In this document: in pieces, positions 9,101-20,375 of the stretch
Layout: each line of letters begins with the position of its first letter
How positions within the stretch are numbered: position 1 is the first letter of the stretch
Source of the DNA: Schizochytrium sp. TIO01
Lineage: Eukaryota > Protista > Bigyra: Labyrinthulomycetes
Assembly: GCA_004764695.1 (NCBI GenBank)
Contig: SMSO01000037.1
Location: 1,712,747-1,776,746, forward strand
Direction: 5' to 3'
Length of the DNA: 64,000 bases
Translations under genes and position numbers: made by a program
Notes under the pieces: model-generated
The model's database searches: none
Seen by the model: only the letters and a program-made list of their open reading frames with translations
What the model was told of the DNA's origin: nothing

Positions 9101-11286
9101 GTTATGCTTAAGGATATGATCAAAGGCTTCTGCATTGTAAATCGGATTCGTTTTTAGACTGAAGCGTGGAATAAGTAAATTTTGAAGTGAGAGTTGAACA
9201 CAATCATTAGTTCTCTGGCCAGGATATCAATAAACAAGTTCAAAAGCCCTCACACTTGCAATCGATCATATGAAACTCACTTTAAGTTTTTGAGCGTATC
9301 ATTTCGTTCCAAGGCCTTGCTTAGTGCGGCCGCACCATCAACGCCAATGTAATTATCTTCAAGGCTGCAATGATAATTTCCCCAAGGATTTTCCGTTAGT
9401 TCCGATTCAGAGCACCATGTAGCTAGCTAGCTATGCAGTTGTTGCTAATCACTTACTTAAGATATTCAAGAGTATAGTTTTCATGTAGGGCCTCTCCGAG
9501 GGCCAATGCTCCACTTTCACTTATGGAATTGTTCTCAAGACTTTAGAATAAAATTTCGTACTGAGATGATCGTCAGTTTCCTGAGACTTCCCCTTCATTC
9601 CGAATTAAATTCAACTTGAATTTCGCGTTCCATTTCAAGTTTGCTTTGCGAGATACTTACTTGAGCAATTCTAGCTTATGGTTTTGTTTCAAGGCTGTAC
9701 ATAAACCCAAAACACCACCGTCACCAATACAGTTGCTTTTGAGGCTGCAGTACTTGTCAGTTTTCCCATTGATATATCATTGTTCGAACAGCTTTATCTG
9801 TGAAGCTTACCAAAGTGTTGTTAGAGTATGGTTGTGTTTTAGAGCCTCTCCGAAAACCAAGGCACCATCTATACCAATCTTATTCCAATTCAGACTATGG
9901 ATGTGAAGTTAGTAATCACTCATTTGGCGAAAAGGGTTGTAGTCTATTGCAGTGGATTTCAATAGGTGTACAGCCACAAATACACTTACTTAAGAGATAA
10001 CAAGGCAGAGTTCTCCTTGAGAGCCTTAGCAAGGGCTGATGCACCGTTTTTCCCAATGTAATTATCTTCAAGACTTTCGAAAGTTCAACACAAACGTAAG
10101 TCAGCTAGCTAGCTTCTCAACATCAACAACACCCCGCTCTCTACCTAACTTACTTGAGGGTTAAGAGGGATGAATTTCGTTCAAGACCTTTACTGAGTGC
10201 CTCCGTGCCATTTTCGCCTATGGATGCGCACTTCAGACTGTAGTTCAAAATTTTGGGCGCACTTATAATTAGAATTCTGCTTATCTGCTAATCCCACAGT
10301 GTATAGGAAACTTACTTCAGGGAAACCAAAGTGCAATTTTGCTGTAGCATCTTACCGAAAGCTAAAGCACCATTGTCGCAAACTGGGTTGCGCTCGAGAC
10401 TGTTGTATTGCAAAGTGTTGAACTCCACCCCCCCCCGTTCTTACGTGTCAGTCATTGCCTGCACGCTAGCATTAGCCATTTCCAAACATACCTGAGTGAT
10501 GATAGAGTGCAATTCTCCTCAAGAGCCTTTGCAAGGGCTGTTGCTTCGTTCTCGCCTATAAAGTTGCGTTCAAGACTACAGCACCCGAATTTGGAATTGA
10601 AGAAAGGCGATGATGGTCAGTTCGCTCGTTAATGGCATGAAGGAGTCTGCATGTTTCCAATAGATCACAACGGGACTTACTTGAGAGACAGCAACGCAGT
10701 GTTCACCGTCAGAGCTGCTGCTAGTGCAAAAGCAGTTTCATCGCTGATGGAGCTCTTTTTCAGACTACAATTTTGAATTTTTGAAAATCGTCAGTTTTGA
10801 TTGAGGATGGGTGTATTCTAAACGACCATCGTAGAACTTACTTCAGAGATCCAAGCGTGTTATTGTGCTTGAGAATGTTAATGAGTCTGGATATCTGACT
10901 AATAGTCAGCTTGTTTCTTGAGAAGCTGCAATATCAAAGTATTCCAGGCGAAAACCAACAATTAGAATGTCCACCATTCAGCAACAAGCATGGCAGAGTG
11001 TGTTAGTTCACATCTTCGCAGCGCTTGTACGCACATGGCAGGTGCAGCCCTGTATAAACAACTTGTTTTCACAGTTGCGCTTCCCTCAGGCAACTTACTC
11101 GGCATCGGTTGCACCTGCAAGGACGTCCTCAAATCCATGTCTCGCTCCATCCTTTCACAAGTAGCCAAAAGTTAGGTGGTGTAGAAGGCTTCTTCAACAG
11201 CCTATATCTGTTGGTTTATGCAAAATCAAGGACGTTGATCGCAAGAACCGCGTCACGCAAGGCTTCTCGTTCTTGTCCACGCCCAT
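6194..11286 (-). CDS. Spliced LRR (RI-like, 11 repeats) - coiled coil - Ser/Thr kinase - RING1/RING2 (RBR-like) protein, about 1250 aa
   Basis: Hand-built exon chain: [11257-11286 and 11099-11151, tentative], 10842-10925, 10681-10764, 10492-10575, 10316-10399, 10154-10237, 9990-10073, 9811-9894, 9661-9744, 9457-9540, 9281-9364, 9081-9158, 8916-9023, 6194-8840. Total 3756 nt, open throughout. Donors are GTAAGT/GTGAGT/GTATGT/GTAAGC, with CTRAY branch points and YAG/AAG acceptors. The last exon has VLKKF, HCDIKPSN, DFD, YMAPE, DMYSFG and two Cys/His fingers. The 5' end above 10925 is uncertain. Confidence 0.88.
9081..10925 (-). repeat. Array of one-repeat-per-exon LRR modules (10 x 84 nt + 1 x 78 nt)
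   Basis: Translations in gene order: FSRNKLTISQISRLINILKHNNTLGSLN, LKKSSISDETAFALAAALTVNTALLSLN, LERNFIGENEATALAKALEENCTLSSLS, LERNPVCDNGALAFGKMLQQNCTLVSLN, LKCASIGENGTEALSKGLERNSSLLTLN, LEDNYIGKNGASALAKALKENSALLSLN, LNWNKIGIDGALVFGEALKHNHTLTTLC, LKSNCIGDGGVLGLCTALKQNHKLELLN, LENNSISESGALALGEALHENYTLEYLN, LEDNYIGVDGAAALSKALERNDTLKNLN, LKTNPIYNAEAFDHILKHNKTLIELR. Confidence 0.95.
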
Positions 11287-14200
11287 TCACAGCGCTTCAG
11301 TGTTTCTGGACTGTACGAGGGTCCGGTCCTATTTCTCTTAAAATTGAGAGCAGCGTGAGAACAAAGGGAACATATATTTAAACTTATGAAATCGCATTGG
11401 TAGCTAGAGTTATAGCTAGGCGCCCCTTTGTGAGACCTCGAGGATTTCAGACTAACATGAATTGAACAATCAGGCTTAAATGGCCGAGAAGTCATGGACC
11501 AAAATGTTGGCATGGATACTCCGCATAATTAAGAATAGAGGAATCTAAATTGATGGTTATATCACCTAAGCTCTTCAATTATAGATTAAGTGTGTCTTAG
11601 TCTCATAATTATCACATGCATCAGTATGCCTTCGAAATTAATTCCAAGGACAGCATCTCTAGCTCTTAAGGCCGTAGATCAAAGCTTCTTAGTGCTTCTT
11701 CAAGGCTCTTACCTTCATCTTTATAGTCAACCTTTATCTGCCAGATCCATCTTTGAGCAGATTTTAAGATCCAAAAGCTTCAAGTGATCTCAGGAAGGAT
11801 GAAGAATGAAACATCAACTGGCATTAGCATGTAAGATGCCGAGATTGGCATTGACTGAGTGATTAAAAAAAAATTAACTTGCAAAAAAATAATATACTGG
11901 ATAGCTAAGCAGAAGTATACATTATGAATACAAATGGAGTTTGTTGAGGTATATTTTGTGATGTTTTCGTATAGCACTCTGCATAAGAGAACACGGTAGT
12001 TTAGTTCAAGCGTTGTCTAAAGCAGGAGACAAAAATAATGACCATGGCTAGGAACTTCGCAAGACAGAGGCCATATGCCAAATCTTACCATAAACCCTAG
12101 TCAAACACTGAGAATACAATACCCAGCTTCAGTGTCACAAAAAGTCCTTCAGCATTCCAAAGCTCTTTAAGTCAACTAAATTGTGATTTTTCGCAAACCG
12201 TATGCTAAAGTGATAGATTTTTGTTAAACATTGAAGGCGGTAACAGTCCATATTTCTGTGCTCTGGGCAAACAACCATTATTCAGTAAATCAGTTCATTC
12301 CCACGACTCCAGTGCGAGACATATCTCAGTGCAGTTCCCAGAGGTTTCAAGAGAATTGGGAAGGGTAAAGTTTGAAGATTTATTCAAGATTGAATTGCTT
12401 GTTATTTAAACTTTGAGGGAAAGCAAATGATTTATAAACCTGCATGATTGAACCTGGCTCACAGACCCTTTGCAACAAATACACATGCAAACAAAATAAA
12501 TTTCAAAGAATCATTCTGCATCCAGGTACATGATAATTGGTCTTTTGAATCGCCGCGAAAGATCTCACTTGGTGTAATCCGTGTAGTTCATTCTTCTTAC
12601 TAATAGTTTAAGAGTCTATTGAAAAGTGTCATCGTAATCTGGCGCACGTCATGCTGCGACTTGGAGATATATTTAAACTACATATTGTCAAAATACGTTC
12701 AAGATATTTCCCAGTATCATAGGTTCAAGTTAAGGTGTTATTCCCAGATTCTGATTAGAGATGATAAAAACAGATCTTCCATCGAAAACAGAATTTCATA
12801 CCACTATCATCTCCACTCGAGAAATAATTTCATATGTTTTCCCTCTCCAAAGACGCAAACCCAACCCCTCGCTATGAGTGAATTGCTGCACAGTGAAAAG
12901 CACACACAGGTTCTATAAAATAATTCAAAACATTTTTCATGCATGAACGAGATAGCGCATATGGTTGGATTCTTTCTAACTGATAGGAGTTATATGACAA
13001 ACAGAAGCCATCAGCATGGCTCAGTATAGCTCAATGGCTAAATATAAGAAAGAAAAAGAATAGGCGCTAAGCTGTGGCATGTGTTAAATGTGCGCAGCGC
13101 TGAATTCTTTAGGATTTGCAAACATTAATTATCTGAAAAGGCAAGCCTTTCATGAGGAGCGGTCCAGCCTCGGTAAATTTCGCATTTTAAAGATTCGAAG
13201 GAGTGCAGTTATATCGTCTTCTCAGCAACTTGTCTTTACTTGAAGACAGTGGTCAGCACAGTTCATTTGCTTATGTGTTTACGGCGATTGCGCCATTCGA
13301 GCGTTGCTTCTAAATGTGGCGACGAAATTTTGGAGAAAATGAATTTCCAGCATAAAGGGTTAGAATATATATATATATAGATATGTGTCAAATCGTGAAC
13401 CACATTCTAGTCTAAGGAAAGAAGGTATTGAACAGGCTTTCACAATATTTGTGGATGTCCAAATACTGTATATACAAGACGAAGCTCAAATCCTCAACAA
13501 ACTTGAGCCCTACATGTTGTAGTCAATGTAAGTCGAACTTTAGTAGTTGTTGCTAAGAATCAGCGTCAGCATTTCATCAAAGGCTTGGAGAGGCGGTAAT
13601 AGACTGCAATGAGGAAACAAAATCAAGACTTTATGAAAAATTACGGAACAACCAAGTTTACTTGAAAATGTTAGATGAACTATGGTGAAGCTCTCTCATG
13701 GCCTGACGGTTTCCATTTAGTATGTTGAGCATAAAGTTGAGATCCAATGAACGACGGAGAGATCTCTTGGAAAAGAATTATTCCCAAGTTGGGTTCGTAC
13801 TGTTCTCAAGTGAATTGGTCTCAGGGGTGTGCGGAGGTCATTCGTGGATTGATGTGGACAAACTAACAAGATCGGCATATATTATTTTCCGTTGGAAGTA
13901 CAATTTCCTGACAAGGAACAAAATGCAAGAATCAACGCTAATTAGCTTTCCCTGCCGCACCCTGCTTGAAAAACAAGAAGACAAGAAACCAGACTGCGCA
14001 ACATCAGCCCTAGCATTTCAGAAATTTACTCCTTAGTGGAAGCCAGAGCTAGCTAGTTGAAGACGCTGCCGGCTTGCCAGCTTTCGTCATTATAAACCAG
14101 GACTTGACGCGAGGATAGATAGGAAGGAATATGTGGTTGGTTCCTAAAGGAGTTTTTTCCTTACTAACTAATCATTCACGCAGACTAATGGCGCAGGAAG

Positions 14201-14296
14201 ACACATGTATAGATCGCACAGACGACGACAGCGACGCCAGACCTTGACCAGGTGCATCTGTATTGCCACTACTTCGCCGCCACTGACTGCTGCACC

Positions 14297-14789
14297 GTGG
14301 CGGTAGGCAGGCAGGCAGGCAGGTTCCCTGGCAGTGCGTTGGCGCTATGAGTGGAATGGCTTGTACGCATGGAGAGTCTCCTCGCTCTGTGTGATCCCTC
14401 TGCGAGGTTTGGTCCAGTCTCGCACACCTGGGACCACGTCTCCTCCGTGCCTCCGCCTCCACGGATTGATTCCCTCGACTTCTTCCGCCGCCCCGAACGG
14501 TTTCCACGATCTGTCACGGTTGAGCAGAGCTCGGGCTTCCTCTTGTGAACACTCGTGGCTAACCAATCCTCGCCTGATGATTTTCATCATTAACCCTAAG
14601 CCCAAGAGCACCGAAGAGATTGAGGCAGCTCGTATTGCAGAACTCCGTGAAAGTCTTCGCGAGCGTCAGCTTGAGCCTGACAAGCTGGAGGAGCTCGCTA
14701 AAAAGGGCTTGCGAGATATTCTTCCCCCTGGTGATTATAACCGTCTCACTGCCCGGGACCCAACTCGCCCAATCTCAAGGCGTTCTTGA
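14297..14789 (+). pseudogene. Small two-exon gene or gene remnant (GTG GCG | intron 14303-14600 | 62-codon exon); possibly a decayed glutathione S-transferase
   Basis: 14601-14789 has coding-like codon usage (PKSTEEIEAARIAELRESLRE...). It is preceded by branch point GCTAAC at 14558-14563 and an AG-free stretch up to AAG at 14598-14600. Candidate donor GTAGGC at 14303 follows CACC-GTG-GCG. GST resemblance is by eye only. Confidence 0.45.
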
Positions 14790-15118
14790 CTTCGTGCAGC
14801 TCAAGCAATCCAGCCCATGCTTGCTCGCTCGCTTGCTGTCTCGCTGTCTTGCTGTCTGGCTGCCTTGCTGCCTTGCTGCCTTGCAGCCTTGCTGTCTGGC
14901 TGGCTGGGTAGATGAACGGCTCAGGAAGGACAGCTGCCGTTGCGGGCCCGCCTTGGCGATCGCTAGCCCGCCTGCCCGCCTGTCTCGGGCTCCCGCTTTG
15001 CGTGACTGAGCACGATCGCTTCCGGCTGGCAGCTTAGCCCTTAGCTATGCCCAGGCCTCCGAAACGGTCCCTGCAATTCCAGGGCCAATTCTTTGAGCCA
15101 GCGAATGCGAGAATGAGA

Positions 15119-15223
15119 GAATGAATGAATGAATGAATGAATGAATGAATGAACGAATGAAATGAATGAGCAAATGAATGAAATGAATAAAATGAATGAA
15201 TGAATGAATAAAATGAATGAATG
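15119..15223. repeat. (GAAT)n compound microsatellite
   Basis: Direct reading. Confidence 0.95.
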
Positions 15224-15679
15224 TGTCAGTCATTCGAACGTGCATGAGCTGCCCTAGGGCTCGTTCTCGTTCTCGTTCAGGGAGCCCGAGCGGCTCTGGA
15301 GCTATGGAATCAAGATCGCACGCAAAGATCCGCCGAATTCCTAGAGATGCTGATAGATATATAGATTGATAGATAGATGGGCAGAAGAACCCTGCGTTGA
15401 GCAGTTAATTCATTAGTAGGTCCTGGGGTAGTAGGTAGGGTGGCTGAAGAAGAATGATTTATTTGGCAAGAACTTGGACTCGCCTTCGACTTGGTTAATT
15501 TGTAGACGGTTAAGCTATGAAAAGCATAACACCACTCGCCCACTCGGCGGGGCCGAAATGAAGAGCTCCTTGTTTCATAGCGAGGAAAGCCTTTCGTTCG
15601 TTCGTTCGCTCGATCATTCGTTCCGCGATTTCTTCTCCGTTGGTTTATTAGCTGCTTTTCGAAAGTTTGGTTGTTGACT

Positions 15680-15731
15680 GTTGTTTGTTTGTTTGTTTGT
15701 TGTTTGTTTGTTTGTTTGTTACCTGTTTGTT
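15680..15731. repeat. (TTTG)n microsatellite
   Basis: Direct reading. Confidence 0.9.
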
Positions 15732-16809
15732 GAATAGAATGATGTTTTTAAGATTAGCTTATCTAAATAAATACATAAATATATAAATGAATACAAAAAG
15801 TGAATCAAAAAGGTTTAAATCAATACACCAACAATCATTTCAAAAGTAAAAAGCCCTTCCACTTTTTCATCATTTTTAGTAGAAGTTACTTTGCTTCACT
15901 TTTAGTCTTAAAGAAGAAGAAGAAAGGAATGCAAGCAAAAGAATGGTATCTCATCTGCATACCACATTTTGAGAGAGAGAGAGAGAGCCTGAGAGCCTTC
16001 TTCATCGAAGGCAAAGAAGCACTTATCCCGGGGAAACAAGGAGGTGTACAGAAGGCTTCGCACCCATCTACACATTTCGAACAAGCCTGAAAAAACCCAC
16101 GCAGCAGCAGCAGCAACAACAACAACAACAACTACTACTACTACATAACCTAATCATCTGCTTCGAACTCCAGCAAAACAAACCCTATTGAAGCCGATTA
16201 ACCGCCCAGCTACAAACCAAACTATCCCTCGAGATCAATGAGTATTTGGCGATGGGACCGTTTACACCTCCGCCCTTTCAAGTCCTTTAGTAGGTAGAAG
16301 GTCGCGTTCTTAGCTTTATCCCGTTGCTATGGACCTTCGTTATCCCATTACGATCGACTTAATCCCATCACTTTGGAGTCCGTGGCGAGATCCCGATCCG
16401 CTCGAGAACTCCAAGATCATACACGACGTGAGCAAGCAAGAGAGCCATGAAAAGCAAAACAGAAATATATATAGAGAGAGAAAGCAAAGTAAAATAAAAC
16501 CAAATAAAACCAAATAAAACCAAATAAAATAAAATAAAATAAAAAAGCTAAGCTACACAGAGCCATTCTCTCTCGTGGTCGAGAAGGCTCGTTTGTTTGA
16601 TTAGTTTGTGTAAATAAACACGATCTCTGGTCTCTCTTCTCTCCCTGTCTCCCTCTTTGAATAGATCAATCAATAATACTAAACAAATTCCACTTTCTGT
16701 GCCTACCACAAAGGTGGTGACATCGCATGTCGAAGGATTCCGCGATCGACCTGACTTTGGGCTCTTCCTTCCTCCAGAAAGCGCCACTATCTCACTTCGT
16801 TTGGCACGA

Positions 16810-16866
16810 ACTGACTGACTGACAGAAGGACTGACTGACTGACTAACTGACTAAAAAACTAAAAAA
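16810..16866. repeat. (CTGA/CTAA)n microsatellite
   Basis: Direct reading. Confidence 0.85.
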
Positions 16867-17181
16867 CTGTCTAAGTAAACAGCTGCTAACTCGCCAACGA
16901 AGACTTTTTGTTTCCTTTTTGTTTCTCTTACAACAAATTAGAGAAACAATCAACACAAACTTTCACTAACCGACCATTGATATATTTCTTTCTCTCTTTC
17001 TTTCCAAGGTTTCCAGCCATGCCGTCCTGCCCCTCTCCTTCAGAGCGAAGAAAGAGTTCTGTTGATGTTGTTCTTGCTCGCGTGTATATGCTACTTTTGT
17101 AAAACCAAAAGAAAGGGAGACAGAAGCGGCCAAAAAAAGATCAACTTTGATCGATCAACTTTGATCAAACGATGGTCTCCA

Positions 17182-17245
17182 CAAACAAACAAACAGACAG
17201 ACAAACAAACAGACAGACAAACAAACAAACAAACAAACAAACAAA
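17182..17245. repeat. (AAAC/AGAC)n microsatellite
   Basis: Direct reading. Confidence 0.9.
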
Positions 17246-17654
17246 AGATACGCCTAATTAGAGTGTAGGAGGTGCTACGCTGCCTCCATCTCCAAACCAA
17301 TTAAATTAATTACATACATACACGCAGCAATAAGTCAGAGAGAGAGAGGGAGAGAGAGTCAGAGAGAAGAAATGCCGGGGAAGTTCTTTACTGCTTTCGG
17401 CGGCGCGGTCGAAACGGCCCACGCAGAGGCTTCGTTTCTCTCCGCAAGACAGAAGAAGCCGCCTCCCTCCGCCGCGACCTCGAGAAGACAGGCTCTTGGC
17501 GGCGCTCCTTCTGTTCTGCTGTTCAAAGACACACACACACACACGCACACGCACGCATGCGAGGGCCCTCGCCAGAAGAAGGCTTTGCGCCACCAAGAAC
17601 TGATGAGTCCACCTTCTCAGCGGACTCTGTTAAACTGAGTAGCGCAGAGTTAGT

Positions 17655-17792
17655 TATGTATGTATGAATGTATGTATTATGTATGAATGTATGAATGTAT
17701 GTATGAATGTATGTATGAATGTATGTATGTATGAATGAATGAATGTATGAATGAATGTATGTATGTATGTATGAATGTATGTATGTATGTAT
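17655..17792. repeat. (GTAT/GAAT)n compound microsatellite
   Basis: Direct reading. Confidence 0.95.
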
Positions 17793-19296
17793 GGTATGGC
17801 CTCAACAACGGCGGTCGAGAAACTAAACGAAGCGGAGAGCAGCGTCGAGCTTGGAGAAACCAGGGAACGGAGCGGAGCGGCAGTCTGTCAGTCAGTCAGT
17901 CAGTCAGTCAGTCAGTTTGATCTGAGGCGGCGCCGATCGTCGGTTTGTCTGTAGCAACTGCGGCCAAAGCCTTCTTTCTCACGATGGGATGAAAGCGCAT
18001 CGTCGGAAAATCAATCCTAGTTTTATTATTTTTATTATTTTTATTATTTTTATTATTTTTAACTTGGAGGTGGAGAATGAGGGGTGAAAAGCATCATCAA
18101 ATTCCTTAGTCGCTTCAAAACGCTCTGTGCCGCTCATAAGTTTGAGGGCGATCGAGGCCTGTAGCATATATATGATATTACGATGATCGCGACTCGCTTT
18201 GGGGAGAGAAGCTTGACCCCGAATGCAAAGGGATCCACAACAATCACTCGCGAAGTGCAAAGGAAACAGTCTTTTTGATTATTTTATTAGAAAACAATAA
18301 AAAAAAATATATATATCTAAAAATATACCTTGATGGTGTATGATAACTATGAAGATGGAAATGAGATTGATTTCAGGAATAACAAGCTCCAAAAACCAAA
18401 CAAATTGGCGCCCTATTGGAAAGTCAGGCAATTGCGAGGGAAGATATCAGGGCGAGGAAGCTCTGCTCTGCGCGCAGAAGATCTTTTGGTTAAGATCGAG
18501 GTCATTCAGTAGTGATCTATCTGTTCATTAATCTATCTCTCAATCCATCCATCATACAAAACAAAAAGAAGAAAAAAAGAAAAAAGAAAAAAAGGAAAAA
18601 GAAAAAGAAAAAGAAGCTGGGGCTGGACATTGTTCGAAGCAAAAGCAGTATCCCTGTATTCTAAAAATGTTTAAACTAAACCAACAATATTTATGAAACT
18701 AAGGGACTCGAGAAATGCATTTGTGCAGCTTACACTTTTCTAATTAGATTATAATGCCTTCTGCATAGGTAGGTTACCTACTGCTAGCGCACTTTTAGAT
18801 GGTGAGACTAGGGACACCGAGAGTGAATCGTTACACAATTAATTCTACTTAATTCATTCATTAATTAATTAGGTAATTAATTATCCTACTACGTGCGACG
18901 CCAGTTTGCGCTCGTATTTGCAGCGGTGTTTACATATCCCTGTTTCCTGAAAGGAGGATGGATAATAAATAGTAGGAAGCTTTGTTGGCCTTGCCAGAGC
19001 GGCTCTGAAACGTGCGAAAGCTGCAGGATTCCAACCCGCCTCGTTCTGAAGACCCTTCTGAGATGAAGTCTCAAAGATTCAACACCGCTCTGTATCTATT
19101 TATCTCTCTGTATGTATACATATATATATAATCCTCATGTTTGTTTTGGGATTAAAAAAAAGAAAAGGGTATAAAAAAAAGTTTAAGGCAGATGAATAAC
19201 AAGAGAGAGAAACCTAATTCGCTACTCTCAAGTTTGAGAGAGGGAGGAAGGGAGTATACATATAATAAATTAGATTAAAATAACATTAGAATTAAA

Positions 19297-19351
19297 AGAA
19301 AAGGAAAAGGAAAAGGAAAAGGAAAAGGAAAAGGAAAAGGAAAAGGAAAAG
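19297..19351. repeat. (GGAAAA)n hexamer repeat
   Basis: Direct reading. Confidence 0.95.
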
Positions 19352-19969
19352 AGTAAAGAAGAGAAAAGAAGACGTCTGGCAAAAAGCTTTGGAAAATGCA
19401 AGAACAACAAACAAACAAACAAACAAGCAGGGAAAGGTTTGGGGCCGCTGGTCGGTCTCAGACTGATCTCGCGGCGGCCCTCGCCACACTAGACGCCTCA
19501 CAGAAGGATGGGAAGTCCTCCTTTGGGGCCGCCGTCGCTCGGTTAGCGCGGCCTTTTCTGCATCTGAGACCCACGCTCTTTGGCCCCTCCATCACAAGAG
19601 TCGATCGAGGCGATGAAAACTCTATTCTTATGCATCATTACGCAGTTTGTTCGAGACAAGCAACGTTTATTTCTTGCTTGCTTTCTTTCTTATTCATTTT
19701 AATAAGTTTAAATGCACATAACAGGAAGGGAAAGAATCGATCGATGTTCGTTTGTTTTGACCCGCGTAAGTAAATAGAGAGGAATTGCAGGTCTCGTTTT
19801 TAATCCTTCAAGTTGCCTTTTCTCTGCCTTCGGCTGCTGGAGTCCTTAGAGCTCCCGCGGAGACTGCCGAAATGAGTGCGTCAAGTTGGGATAGGCGCGG
19901 AACACGAGGCTCATTCTCGCTCTTCTTTTTTTCTGCTGCTGTCGCGGAGACTGGAAGCACTGAGTTAGT

Positions 19970-20094
19970 TATTTCTTTATTTCTTTATTTCTTTATTTCT
20001 TTATTTCTTTATTTCTTTATTTCTTTATTTCTTTATTTCTTTATTTCTTTATTTCTTTATTTCTTTATTTCTTTATTTCTTTATTTCTTTATTT
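19970..20094. repeat. (TTTCTTTA)n octamer repeat, about 15 perfect copies
   Basis: Direct reading; alternating TTTC/TTTA tetramers. Confidence 0.97.
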
Positions 20095-20375
20095 AGATAG
20101 TTAGTTGGTTGGTTGGTTGGTTAGATAGGTGATCAGTTAGTTGGTTATATACTAAGTATATAGGCAGCTAAGTAGAGTAGTCAGTTCCTAGCTAGTAAGT
20201 AGGAGGTAAGCAGGGAAGTCAGTTGGTAAGTAAGGAGGTAAGTAAGTAAATTAGTTCTCTACTAGGCGTGTTAGTAGGTAAGTATGTTAGTGAGGAAGTA
20301 AGTAAAAAAACAAAAACAAGTAAGTTAGTAAGTAAGTTAAGTAGAAAAAGTAAGTTAGTAATTTTCTAGATAGTT
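20095..20375. repeat. Degenerate GTAA/GTAG/GTTA/GTTG period-4 tract
   Basis: Direct reading, e.g. ggtaagtaaggaggtaagtaagtaa and gtaagttagtaagtaagtt. Confidence 0.8.

Noticed and set aside
20095-20375. TTAG/GTAG tracts as interstitial telomeric repeat
   Set aside because: No tandem TTAGG or TTAGGG units; they are degenerate period-4 repeats.
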